A DNA stretch of 35,491 nt from a virus (lineage: Duplodnaviria; Heunggongvirae; Uroviricota; Caudoviricetes). The stretch's first letter is position 1; each line of letters begins with the position of its first letter. Shown here in pieces: positions 19,001 to 27,605 of this stretch. The position numbers and the translations under genes were made by a program. The stretch lies in the IMG/VR virus record IMGVR_UViG_2671180778_000014, positions 1-35,491 of that record; one strand, given 5' to 3'. The notes under the pieces were generated by a model. The model made no database searches. It was not told the origin of the DNA and worked only from the letters and a program-made list of their open reading frames with translations.

Positions 19001-19668
19001 TTGTCGGAAACAGTCTTTTCGATCGCTGTCTTGTTAGCTGCAACCGTGCTAGTTAAGCTAGAAATTTTGTTATCTGCATCGGTTTTATTTGCAGTAACAG
19101 TTTTAGTTAAGTTGCTAACGTTGGTGTTAGTGGTATTAACCTTGTTGTTAATCGCGGTGTTATTGTCAGTGACCGTTTTCGTTAAAGCTGCATGTTTGCT
19201 ATCTGCATCAGATTTGTTTGCGGCAACGGTTCTTTCAATTGCGGTCTTATTCGCAGATACGGTCCCCGTAAGGTTATTGATCTTAGTGTCGGCATCGGTT
19301 TTATTTTCCGTAACTGTCTGGGTTAAGTTACTAACAGTGGTGTTGGTAGCATCAATGCGCTTATTGGTTGCGGTGTCTTTAGTGGTAATAGTCTGATTCA
19401 GTTCAGCTTTAGCACTAGCCAGATTATTAGCGGCCTCTTGTTTGTTGGAAGCAATAACACGGTCAGTGCTAGTTTTATTCTGGTCTACTTTCGTGTTAAG
19501 TTCAGCGTGTTTTTCTGGAGAAACAGAGATTTGAACTACTGCGTTATTTTTATCTTTGGTATACAGAACGTGATCAGCAAGGTTAATAGCCAATTCACCC
19601 TGTGATAATTGTTCCGGCGTTGGTTTTTTACCAGCCGTTTGTGTGCGTTTAAATTGGATTGATCGCAT
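16045..19668 (-). CDS. L-shaped / side tail fibre with C-terminal intramolecular chaperone (peptidase S74-like) domain
   Basis: 1207 aa; N-terminal repetitive TxNKTDADxKIxxLTxTVxANKTAIE segments; C-terminal SDSRLKINKEEL ... GIIAQDLEEVLPEAV matches the auto-cleaving chaperone domain of endosialidases and T5-type L-shaped fibres; KPTPGEIGAYTKAEVD fibre repeat. Confidence 0.8.
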   Translation of the reverse strand: MRSIQFKRTQTAGKKPTPEQLSQGELAINLADHVLYTKDKNNAVVQISVSPEKHAELNTKVDQNKTSTDRVIASNKQEAANNLASAKAELNQTITTKDTATNKRIDATNTTVSNLTQTVTENKTDADTKINNLTGTVSANKTAIERTVAANKSDADSKHAALTKTVTDNNTAINNKVNTTNTNVSNLTKTVTANKTDADNKISSLTSTVAANKTAIEKTVSDNKKDADTKITNLTGTVNSNHTAINNKVDQNKSSTDAAIAAANKRIDGIEGSNDALYIKKNTNTKHGGYLLSKTANYLEDQTSRDLNYFGAFRTNGQDGLLDLTLNVPHSAGKAHGRGFTFRYASGGSRVETYGFDREGQKNFSYKMYHEGDKPTPGEIGAYTKAEVDKMFVKNVVMSVPNSSENVSAYFKLATATIPQNGRSVFFRIHGGNGYNVTAYDQVDVVEILLRSGNDRPKGLNVIAYRRNTNKDFEVFAVNTSGDNYDIYVKYQRYTDNVIVEYGKSVYVSLTVYDTPEATLIKPSVGVIGGRNVTLFNTENKRGVLSFDDNTQNSYDIVHLSNDRGTGRKYIRKFRSNYNEMIWHETVQGSTYRLATGSTDAQEILTVESSSSIAGTHKGNILSGRMLLNGGSNVITLRRPAGQSNHIAFQDNRTGNITRQGWFGYGNADTNVFEWYSDVGGTSIRHHIDGQIELATGNTKRVYTNAQFISMNSDAYRMIYGKYGAFWRNDGVKVYLLSTAEDDKLGGWNGNRPFIYDMNTGKVTLGGDGNEGALILERDSRAARFSNNVFLEKGLLTFSAGGNQSMDSFTINHWGNSNANRYNVLQFQDTSGTHFTTERNGSGGLLAHFRGDLTAEGKITWGKNTSASSFNIRAWGAGPGNEGRQQVFECADESGWHWYTQRAGGPGTELIEFAVNGTLRPKAIHAGGNITLNGADIEFKRTGNKHIWFRDPNGLELGLMYSDDAGVIRFRGQKQAQTWKLADKMIHLESGSVGGSDKGLIRGNVSGGSWSSWRDRASGLQVDCPQSKDSAHNIWKATHWGQYHIAAMGVHVPSGTIGNALVRLHVHDTNFDFNAAGDFTAGRNGSFNDVYIRSDSRLKINKEELQDGALEKVNSLKVYTYDKVKSLSDDTVIKREVGIIAQDLEEVLPEAVGIQSTEDPENPEAIKTISNSAVNALIIKAIQEMDAKYQAKIEALTKEIAELKATK

Positions 19669-19744
19669 CTAGAATCACCTCACTATAAAACAGGAATAAG
19701 GGAGGCGTTAACCTCCCCGCGTCATGTTTTATTTAGGAAGTGAA

Positions 19745-20578
19745 TCAATACTCCCCGAAATCGATCCGGTCAGTCTTAGCTACTGCGCCAATTTCGCTAG
19801 GTGTCGGTTTCTCATTGGTGGAATATACCTTGATCCATTCAGAGCGACCGTTTTCCTGAATATTTCGGACGCGTAAACGTGGTGCGCCGGAAGTATTACA
19901 GGTTAATTGCCATGCGCCATGCTCATTGGCTTGAAGGTGAATTAATGCTGTGTCGGTTGAATATGGATTACCGCTAGCAGTTCCCTTGTAAGTTACGAAA
20001 CGGTTTCCGGCTAATGCCTCGCTATCAATTGGACCCGTGAATGGATTTACACCAGCACCCAAACCAAAATCACCCTGACGTAAGATCCGGCCTTCGGTAG
20101 CAATACCCCTTGCCAAAATCCCGCCATCTGGTTCAAGTTTAAATTCCAGTGTTACAGCTTTGTTATCTGCGCCACGGGTTTTATGTGATGTGACGTAAGC
20201 ATCGAATATACAAAAGTACCCTGTGTTAGCAGCACTATAGCCAGAGTTCACAACATAGAACATACGGAAGCGTAAAGGTGTTTTATCCTCTACCGCTTTC
20301 ATCAACATTGCTTGATGTTCATCGTCAAGAACACGGTTTAATGTGAGTGTTGTCGGTTCCAGTCTACGATAACCAGCAAGTTTCCCCGTAGCGTCCTGAT
20401 CGTACTCTTCCAGAGTTTCTATCTCTGTGGATTCGGTTAGCGTAGGGAATGCTGCGATGTTCTCCATAGAACTAAAGCTAGGATCGAAAAAGTCGACCTG
20501 ATTGTCTATCTGGTTAGAGATCGACACTTCAACATGTGATCCAGTGAAAATATCTAAGTTATCTTGTGTAATATTCAT
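19745..20578 (-). CDS. tail/neck structural protein with C-terminal fibre-type repeat
   Basis: 277 aa; C-terminal NEKPTPSEIGAVAKTD shares the KPTPxEIGA motif with the adjacent fibre; RBS TAAGGGGT. Confidence 0.4.
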   Translation of the reverse strand: MNITQDNLDIFTGSHVEVSISNQIDNQVDFFDPSFSSMENIAAFPTLTESTEIETLEEYDQDATGKLAGYRRLEPTTLTLNRVLDDEHQAMLMKAVEDKTPLRFRMFYVVNSGYSAANTGYFCIFDAYVTSHKTRGADNKAVTLEFKLEPDGGILARGIATEGRILRQGDFGLGAGVNPFTGPIDSEALAGNRFVTYKGTASGNPYSTDTALIHLQANEHGAWQLTCNTSGAPRLRVRNIQENGRSEWIKVYSTNEKPTPSEIGAVAKTDRIDFGEY

Positions 20579-20587
20579 TATTACCCC

Positions 20588-20989
20588 TTAAAAACGCGCT
20601 AGATAAGAAAATTTAAGGCTAAGTGTCCCAACGATACCCCCATCACTAGAATCATCGTCATAATCGGTATTAGAGGCTACTGGAGTGATATCTGAAATAG
20701 AGAAGCCCAAATCTTTAAAACGTGGGTTATCCGGCTGAATCTGGATTATCTGGCAAATACCCTCATGAATTTTGGTTTCATGATTCTGAGAATACAACTG
20801 CATTTCGATAACGCATTCAGCTTGCATTGCATTACCACCACGGACCCTACAGTAAGTCTCATTCATTCCGGTAATCCAACAAACCACATCATCACTAAAG
20901 CCTTGCTGAGTTTGTTCTACGTTTAAAGCCAGACCTAAATCTTGTTCGATAATATCCTGCAAGGCGCGTTTGATTTTCAGTCTAGGCAT
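20588..20989 (-). CDS. head-tail joining / neck protein (hypothetical)
   Basis: ATG at 20989 immediately after the upstream TAATAA stop; position between capsid and tail genes. Confidence 0.4.
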   Translation of the reverse strand: MPRLKIKRALQDIIEQDLGLALNVEQTQQGFSDDVVCWITGMNETYCRVRGGNAMQAECVIEMQLYSQNHETKIHEGICQIIQIQPDNPRFKDLGFSISDITPVASNTDYDDDSSDGGIVGTLSLKFSYLARF

Positions 20990-20993
20990 ATTA

Positions 20994-21284
20994 TTAACGG
21001 TAGCGAGCATGTGTACCCCCTGCACGAGCAATAAAGCAATCAGAAGTATTATCACCATTGCGCTTAACGTATTGAACTTTGAAGCGTTCACCGTCTACAA
21101 TGACAACATCACCCTGATTTAAGTCTCCCTCACGACAGAATAGAAATTCTGATTCTGTAATTACCCCTTGTTCGTCGGTAGTAGTAAATTCATGGTAAGC
21201 ACGAATTGATTTACCACCTTCCACCGAAAATACAGGAGCACTTTTAAACATTCGATTTAATTGTGATTCTGATAATTTGAACAT
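20994..21284 (-). CDS. head completion / connector protein (hypothetical)
   Basis: 96-aa ORF directly downstream of the capsid gene terminator. Confidence 0.4.
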   Translation of the reverse strand: MFKLSESQLNRMFKSAPVFSVEGGKSIRAYHEFTTTDEQGVITESEFLFCREGDLNQGDVVIVDGERFKVQYVKRNGDNTSDCFIARAGGTHARYR

Positions 21285-21314
21285 AGTTACCCCCTTTATG
21301 GAGTATTTACATAC

Positions 21315-21341
21315 AAAAAAGCCCCACCGTTAGGCAGGGCT
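21315..21341 (-). terminator. rho-independent terminator (conserved family)
   Basis: minus-strand AGCCCTGCC-taac-GGTGGGGCT followed by TTTTTTG; near-identical to the 15362 copy. Confidence 0.6.
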
Positions 21342-21349
21342 AATTATTA

Positions 21350-21475
21350 TTCTTTAGTTTTACGCTGTTTTTTAGCTGTGGCTTTCGCCTTAACCGTCTG
21401 GGATTCTTCTTCCGGTTCAGGAATCAGATTTTCTTCCCCCAAATCGGGGGAAGGTTCAGATGGTTCTACAGGAGT
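21350..21475 (-). other. in-frame post-TGA extension of the capsid gene (putative readthrough segment)
   Basis: 42 sense codons after the TGA at 21476-21478, no ATG; translates TPVEPSEPSPDLGEENLIPEPEEESQTVKAKATAKKQRKTKE; stop TAA at 21347-21349. Confidence 0.45.
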
Positions 21476-23479
21476 TCATTCAGCGGAGATGTGAAGAACT
21501 TTCAGCGCTTCCGGCTGGGTTACAACGTAATCCAGATCTACCCAGATACGCGGAACGATAGCAGACTGTGCGCGGTAGGTAGTGTCATCAATGTCAAGTT
21601 CCAGACCACCCCATTCACCGATGGTAATAGCGTCGAACGATCCCAGAACGATGTGGTCTACCGGAATAACACCAGAAGTAACTACGTCGTAACCAGCCAG
21701 TTTACCGTTTTCGATGATATAACCGGAAACACCGTTATCTTTCAGGGTAGATTCCAGTTCAGCAGCAGTTGCACCGCTCATTGCAAACTTGATCGCCTGA
21801 GCAGGAACGCCAGCGTCGGTCAGTTTAGCAATTTCTTTCAGGAAGTCTTTATAAGAGAAAGCAGCTTTCTTCTCTACGCGACCAGCATCTACCAGTTGTT
21901 TAATCACACCAGCCGGACCACGAGCATTTTCTTTGTCGGACAGAATCAGTTGTTCCAGTTTGATGCGAACAGCCTGGTTAATGTGATCAGTGATCAGGGT
22001 AGCGATGCCGGGTACGGTTTTGAGGCTAGCTCTGCTGATCGGATTCCCACCAGCAAACGTCTTAGGAGCCATTTTCACGTTTGCAAATTCAGCTTTACCT
22101 TCCGGCGCAGCACCGTTTTCATCAACGAAGCCGAAAGATTCAACGCTGGAAGCGGTCATTTTAGGAATAGCGGTCGGCGAAGTCAGACCAGACAGGACTT
22201 TCACACCAAGACGACCCAGAACGGATTCCGGCAACAGCATCGCTACATAGGAATCATTCAGCAGTTTTTCGTCGGTTACAGCGGTCAGAGTAGCTTTGGT
22301 GTTACCATCAGCAGCAGCACGCATAGCAGCAGTCGGAACGAATACAGAGCCACCGCGAGCAGCACGACCACGCTGCATAGTTGCAGTAGCAGCCATTGCA
22401 GAAAACTCGGCTTCGTGAGCACCCAGAGCTTCACCATCTACCAGAGAGCGAATTACGTTGTTCAGGTCAAAAGTTTTTTCCATTTTAGAGTCCTTAATTT
22501 GTTGTTCGTTATTACGTTGAGCATTGGTAATGTTATTTAGTGCCTTAGTGCGGAATGCTTCCGGCGTCATGTCTTTAACTGCCAATGCGCGTTTTAATTC
22601 TTCGTCGTCAATATTTAGTTCCCGCGCGATCTCGCGAATTTCTAATTCGTCTTCTTCGGAACGTTCAGCCACTTCTTCGATTTTTTCTTCTTCAATCGGA
22701 GCGGCTTCACGTTCTTCTTTTACTTCTTCTGTTTCCCGAACAGTTGAACTATCATCATCAACACTTTCAGGATGTTCAGCGTCTTTTCCGTCTTCGAGAT
22801 TTTCATTTTCTTCATTCTCTTCAACTTGGCGCTCTTGAGTTTCTTCTACTTCCGATTCTTTATTTTCTTCTACCGGAGTTTCTTCAACCTGAGCGGCTTC
22901 TTGTTCTTTGATTTCTTCGATTTGTTCTTTAGTCATATCGCGTTTAGCCTCCAAATTAACTGTGATAGTATTTAGAGAGCGATTTAAACCGACCGTATCG
23001 TCAGCAGGAACGGTAACGAAACTTAATTCGTATGGTGCCCACTTAGTAACAATCAATTGTCCTTTGGTGTAGTCGATGTGATATTCTTTAATGTCATAAC
23101 CGACAGAAATTTTTTCCATCGTACCTTCAATGACTTTATTGCGAATATCATTAGCCAAAGTGCCATGCTTAGAGAATTTAACCAGAGCACGACCTACGTT
23201 ATCCGCATCGATTCGAGCGTTACAAACGACACCAATATGATTATCGAAATTATGATTGAACAGCAACGGAGCGTTATTATTCAGACGAGACAGATCAACC
23301 GCTTCCGGTGTATGTACCAGAATTTCATCTAGTACCACCATCTCTTGATTTTGCTCATCCCAGAATTGGCGCTGATACGGCTGTTCACTGGAGAAAGCAA
23401 TTTCAAATTCGTATTGATCGTTATGCCCTTCGTTAATAACTCCACCGTAACCGTTAAGATCGCGGCGAAATTTAAGCAT
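21476..23479 (-). CDS. prohead protease - scaffold - major capsid protein fusion (HK97-fold)
   Basis: N-terminal PLLFNHNFDNHIGVV is prohead protease-like; central highly acidic coiled-coil region (scaffold/delta-like); C-terminal ~300 aa resemble an HK97-fold capsid protein; candidate internal RBS plus ATG at 22483. Confidence 0.8.
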   Translation of the reverse strand: MLKFRRDLNGYGGVINEGHNDQYEFEIAFSSEQPYQRQFWDEQNQEMVVLDEILVHTPEAVDLSRLNNNAPLLFNHNFDNHIGVVCNARIDADNVGRALVKFSKHGTLANDIRNKVIEGTMEKISVGYDIKEYHIDYTKGQLIVTKWAPYELSFVTVPADDTVGLNRSLNTITVNLEAKRDMTKEQIEEIKEQEAAQVEETPVEENKESEVEETQERQVEENEENENLEDGKDAEHPESVDDDSSTVRETEEVKEEREAAPIEEEKIEEVAERSEEDELEIREIARELNIDDEELKRALAVKDMTPEAFRTKALNNITNAQRNNEQQIKDSKMEKTFDLNNVIRSLVDGEALGAHEAEFSAMAATATMQRGRAARGGSVFVPTAAMRAAADGNTKATLTAVTDEKLLNDSYVAMLLPESVLGRLGVKVLSGLTSPTAIPKMTASSVESFGFVDENGAAPEGKAEFANVKMAPKTFAGGNPISRASLKTVPGIATLITDHINQAVRIKLEQLILSDKENARGPAGVIKQLVDAGRVEKKAAFSYKDFLKEIAKLTDAGVPAQAIKFAMSGATAAELESTLKDNGVSGYIIENGKLAGYDVVTSGVIPVDHIVLGSFDAITIGEWGGLELDIDDTTYRAQSAIVPRIWVDLDYVVTQPEALKVLHISAE

Positions 23480-23524
23480 TTAATCACCTTTAATTAATTG
23501 GGGGCATTGCGCCCCCGTTGGTTA

Positions 23525-25036
23525 TTAGGGATCGGCTGGGGAATTTTTTTCTTCACCCTCGCCATTAACGATAATATTTAGTGCGCTCTTTTCGGCTTGA
23601 ATCTCTGAGAATACTTTTTCAGGATCATCACCACGTTCAAGAATAACGGCAGTACGTGATTTAAGTCCGTTATCAATTAAAGCAATATCAGCGTTCACAT
23701 CTTTAATAACATCGACGGACTCAAAACGTGGCCTGATAATAGTAGTGTTATCGATAATATGTGGAATTGCAGTAATACGAATCGGAACAATACCACGCGC
23801 GGAATAATGGCGTAGATACGCTTCGAAAATTGGCAATACCACTGTTTCAATCAATTTGTTTTGTAGTGCTTTAACGCGGTTACGTTGAAGTAGTTCACCG
23901 AAGCGGGCTGCGCTGTAATTTATTTGGCTAGTATCACCAGTCAAGCCCTGTTTAAACACGCCAAGACCCATCGAGACACTCGTGAACATTCCATCATTGA
24001 ACGAATTGAAGTCGTCGCCACTTTGCGATGATTGAATGCTCTTGATCGTTGCCCCTTCCGGCAATTCCTGAATAGTACCAGGCGCGAAATCGTGAATTAC
24101 TTCCGGCGCTTGATATTGTTCATCCTCTTCACCAGTATCAAAATCGTCACCAGAATCTTTAGGACGCTCGATGAACGCCATGCTACTAGCTGAAATTCGT
24201 TTCTGGATCAGGACCGCTTCGCGGAATGCGTCTTGATGTGCGATATCCTTAATCACTGGCAGGAAGTCAGTCACGCCACGCAGAGATTCAGCCGCAAGTG
24301 GTTGATAATAATGGCATACTTGCGAAGCATCTACGCGATAGTTATCACCTGTGTAAGTCTGAGTCAGTAGGTTGATTTTACGAAACCAAAATGCAACAGG
24401 GCGCATTGTTTCTACGTCATACTCAATACCCTGATAGATAGCACGTTCTTTGCTTACTTCACGGTTGAGCGTCCAGTCGCACTTATCAGCAGACAGGATG
24501 GAAACATTTAACTCATTGTTTTCTTTGGTTAAAACGATGAAGCACTCACCACCCATAACGCGCTCACGTTCAGCCATCACCAGCAGTTCACGGAAGTTAA
24601 AACGACCATTGCGGGAGAAGCGTTTAGCATTCTGCGCCCACTTCCAGAAAGCATTCTCGATCTGCTTATTCAGTGCGGTATCAAGTTTGCCATTTGATTT
24701 AACGATTGATGGCTTCGGATCTAGGCCAGTGCCGACCACCATATCGGTGATGTATTGCGTGTAGCGACTGCCTACGGAAGTGTTTAAGGCCAGAGTACGA
24801 CCCTGATCATAAAGGCGCTTACCATTCGATTTGAGAGCCTTATTGAAGGTTCCTGTAATGGTATCTTGTTGAAGCGATCCATCAATGCGATCACCAACCA
24901 GTCCTAAACTACGAGTCGCCAGAGATTTCTGGTATTTTTCTATAGATTTGTCGATAAAGATTTTTTGTTGTTGCTGGCGGTGATTAGTTTTAACTGGAGT
25001 TTCTACCGCCTTATTGCGTCGAAAAAGATTAAACAT
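23525..25036 (-). CDS. portal protein
   Basis: 503 aa located between the large terminase and the capsid gene; size and synteny match lambda-type portals; RBS AAGGGGT. Confidence 0.75.
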   Translation of the reverse strand: MFNLFRRNKAVETPVKTNHRQQQQKIFIDKSIEKYQKSLATRSLGLVGDRIDGSLQQDTITGTFNKALKSNGKRLYDQGRTLALNTSVGSRYTQYITDMVVGTGLDPKPSIVKSNGKLDTALNKQIENAFWKWAQNAKRFSRNGRFNFRELLVMAERERVMGGECFIVLTKENNELNVSILSADKCDWTLNREVSKERAIYQGIEYDVETMRPVAFWFRKINLLTQTYTGDNYRVDASQVCHYYQPLAAESLRGVTDFLPVIKDIAHQDAFREAVLIQKRISASSMAFIERPKDSGDDFDTGEEDEQYQAPEVIHDFAPGTIQELPEGATIKSIQSSQSGDDFNSFNDGMFTSVSMGLGVFKQGLTGDTSQINYSAARFGELLQRNRVKALQNKLIETVVLPIFEAYLRHYSARGIVPIRITAIPHIIDNTTIIRPRFESVDVIKDVNADIALIDNGLKSRTAVILERGDDPEKVFSEIQAEKSALNIIVNGEGEEKNSPADP

Positions 25037-25046
25037 GATTTACCCC

Positions 25047-25541
25047 TTATCGCGTAAGACGTAATTTGATATTTTTAATCGGGCTAATTCCCTGTTTACG
25101 TCGTTCGGCTTGAATTAATTTTGATAACTGACGTTCATAATCGACTTTTAGAGTCTGGAGAACAGCCAATGACTCATAGGCGAAAGTATTCCCTTTCACG
25201 GTCATTTGAGATAATGCGGCTTCGTCCCCAGATAAACGAGAAAAGATGACTTGTTCCAAAATGGCGATAGTTTCCCGCAGATATTCTTTTTTGGATTGTT
25301 TGGCGAATACTGGTAAAACAGTTAATTCCTGCATTGATACCAGTTCTTCTTCCAAAGTGGTTACGATGGTATATTTACCTTCGGCTAAATCTAAGGTTTT
25401 AATCTCGTGATTAGCCGGAGTGTCATCAACCTGATAAATGATACCTTTACTATTTCCTACCTGAATTGTTACACCCTCTTCATTCGCCAGCGTGATTTTT
25501 TCGCCTTTACGAATTACTAAGGGAATTAGTTCTAAACTCAT
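25047..25541 (-). CDS. hypothetical protein (head-tail connector gpW position)
   Basis: 164-aa ORF between terminase and portal genes; RBS AAGGGGT. Confidence 0.45.
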   Translation of the reverse strand: MSLELIPLVIRKGEKITLANEEGVTIQVGNSKGIIYQVDDTPANHEIKTLDLAEGKYTIVTTLEEELVSMQELTVLPVFAKQSKKEYLRETIAILEQVIFSRLSGDEAALSQMTVKGNTFAYESLAVLQTLKVDYERQLSKLIQAERRKQGISPIKNIKLRLTR

Positions 25542-25613
25542 AATTACCCCTTATTTAATTGTTATTGGATTAACAATATTTAGGAGTAAGCCGCCCCGAA
25601 GGACGGCGAGTTA

Positions 25614-27518
25614 TTAGAACGATGTTACCCAGCTACGGCCTCTATTTGGGCGTCTGGCGATGTTTTTACGTTGTGGTCGTGTGATTGGCTTATTTTCTTC
25701 GATTTGCTCGTCAGATTGCGTTTCAGGAGCTTTTACGGGTTCTTCTGGTTCACGGTTCAAACTATCTTTGATGGCTTCGAGTTTTTCCCATGACATTTTA
25801 TTGAGTACATGGCGAGAAGCAGCATAGGAATAAGCCAGGCAGTCGAGAGCCTCGTTTCGTTGCTGACCAACTTTTACCCAACGTGTGGTATTACCCTGCC
25901 GTTTCAACTGTTCAGAAAGCAATTGCTCGCAATAGTCATCAGGAACGTCACCAATCTGGAAGACAGTGTGAGGATCTCCATCTCTCAAGTTCCGGTTAAT
26001 CATTTCGCGGATCATCGTCTTAAGGTTGTTTACGCCCAGAATTTTAAGGGTAAAACCACCTGTTCTTGTGTCTTTTACCGGAAGGATTGGAGCATCAACA
26101 TTGCTTGCGCCCTTAATGGCTGATAGGTTTTGCCACCGACTACAAAAGCGGTAGATCACTTGCGTAGCACGTCCGTTTGATGAGTCCACGAAAGCGGATA
26201 GCATCGGGATTCGTTGACCGGATCGGGTATAGAATTTAGCTTTCAGGAAGTTGTAAAGCTGGTCATATGCTGGTGATTCGTGGCGTTCGCAGTTCACATC
26301 ATAGAATGATCGGTGATCAACTACGCATATCCCTTTACGCGAGATACCCAGCAAGGTAGATTCCAGACGGTCTTTTTGCTGGTCAACTCCACCTACCAGA
26401 GCCAGAACATCATCAGGGATATTGTCTAAGCTAATATCAGTTTTCAGCGTTTCCAGTTCGTCGGCTGTGCGGTCTTCGTTAAGATCATCGAAGGTTTCAC
26501 CTAAGACAGTGTTATAGAACGTTGCCAGTGACATATTCGCGTAGCTATCAGCAAAATCCACCACACACGCACGGATAGAACTAAACGGAGACATAAGGCG
26601 GTTAGCATGAAAACCGATTACTTCCGCATTAGGTTCGGTGGCGATCCATTCTCCCTTAGCAACAGCACGTAGGCGATCCCCTTCGGTCCAGTCGGTTTCA
26701 CATTCAGGGCAACGATAAACGGCTGTGTCGGGCGAAGGCAGTGATTTACCATTAACTTGATGCCAATCAAAATGGACGTTACTCCATTCCATTACGTGTC
26801 TGTGTCCGCAATGCTGGCATGGAACATAGTATTTTCGTTTATCTGATAGCTCGAATTGTTGGTTGATCGCCCCATCTCGCGACGTTGGAGTAGAAGCAAT
26901 TACGATCCGTGCATCTTCCCCGAAAGTGGTTGCTCGTTGTTCCGCTAGCTGGATCGGGTTCCCTTCATCTGATTCATCAGCCGCATCAACTTCATCAAGA
27001 ATAATCAAAGGCAGTGTCTTACCGCGCAAGTGTGATGGACTGTTCAGCGACATGAAATACATGAATGATCCGTTACGAAGCTGAATAATCGATGAGTTGT
27101 TAACAGCATTACGGTCTGATTTGTCGGTGATCATCGCTTTTAATTCTGGCGTAGCCTCTAATACTGGCTTCACCTTACCAGCGATCCAAGAATTTAGTTC
27201 TCTAACGTTTGATTGCAACACCCCTATATTCGTAGGGTTACTGGCGATCCTGTGGAAGATAATTCCGTTAAGAATCATAGTCTTACCCAACTGCGCCGAA
27301 CATTTAAACACAATTTTTCTACGGTCTTCGGTGATCGCGTCCATCATTCCACGTTGGAAGGGATGCAATTTAATTAGAGATCCGGCTTTAACGCCATCGG
27401 TAGCCACTACGTTAGCCTCTACCCATTCGCTAGGTTTCATGGCTTTAGGCGGTCGAATTGCAGCAGAGATATTTTTAAGAATCTTTTTTAATTTAGCCTT
27501 ATTAGAAATCAGTTTCAT
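25614..27518 (-). CDS. terminase large subunit (lambda gpA family)
   Basis: 634 aa; N-terminal PSEWVEANVV ... LHPFQRGMMDA and C-terminal RNEALDCLAYSYAA match the recalled lambda gpA pattern (AVEWADANYY ... LPFQRAIMNA ... RRNEALDCFVYALAA); Walker A-like QLGKT. Confidence 0.85.
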   Translation of the reverse strand: MKLISNKAKLKKILKNISAAIRPPKAMKPSEWVEANVVATDGVKAGSLIKLHPFQRGMMDAITEDRRKIVFKCSAQLGKTMILNGIIFHRIASNPTNIGVLQSNVRELNSWIAGKVKPVLEATPELKAMITDKSDRNAVNNSSIIQLRNGSFMYFMSLNSPSHLRGKTLPLIILDEVDAADESDEGNPIQLAEQRATTFGEDARIVIASTPTSRDGAINQQFELSDKRKYYVPCQHCGHRHVMEWSNVHFDWHQVNGKSLPSPDTAVYRCPECETDWTEGDRLRAVAKGEWIATEPNAEVIGFHANRLMSPFSSIRACVVDFADSYANMSLATFYNTVLGETFDDLNEDRTADELETLKTDISLDNIPDDVLALVGGVDQQKDRLESTLLGISRKGICVVDHRSFYDVNCERHESPAYDQLYNFLKAKFYTRSGQRIPMLSAFVDSSNGRATQVIYRFCSRWQNLSAIKGASNVDAPILPVKDTRTGGFTLKILGVNNLKTMIREMINRNLRDGDPHTVFQIGDVPDDYCEQLLSEQLKRQGNTTRWVKVGQQRNEALDCLAYSYAASRHVLNKMSWEKLEAIKDSLNREPEEPVKAPETQSDEQIEENKPITRPQRKNIARRPNRGRSWVTSF

Positions 27519-27605
27519 GTAATTACCCTCATTACGAAATATGAAGGTATTTATTAAGTTGTTGATTTTTTGATAAATACGGGTATTAAGATTTAAGGGG
27601 GTTGT

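Noticed and set aside
18848-19396. 182-aa plus-strand ORF with Leu/Val repeats
   Set aside because: Antisense shadow of the repetitive coiled-coil region of the tail fibre gene
21491-22540. 349-aa plus-strand ORF (GTG start) and other Ser/Arg/Phe-rich plus-strand ORFs at 22524-22975
   Set aside because: Antisense to the capsid fusion gene; composition typical of reverse-frame reading of an acidic coding region
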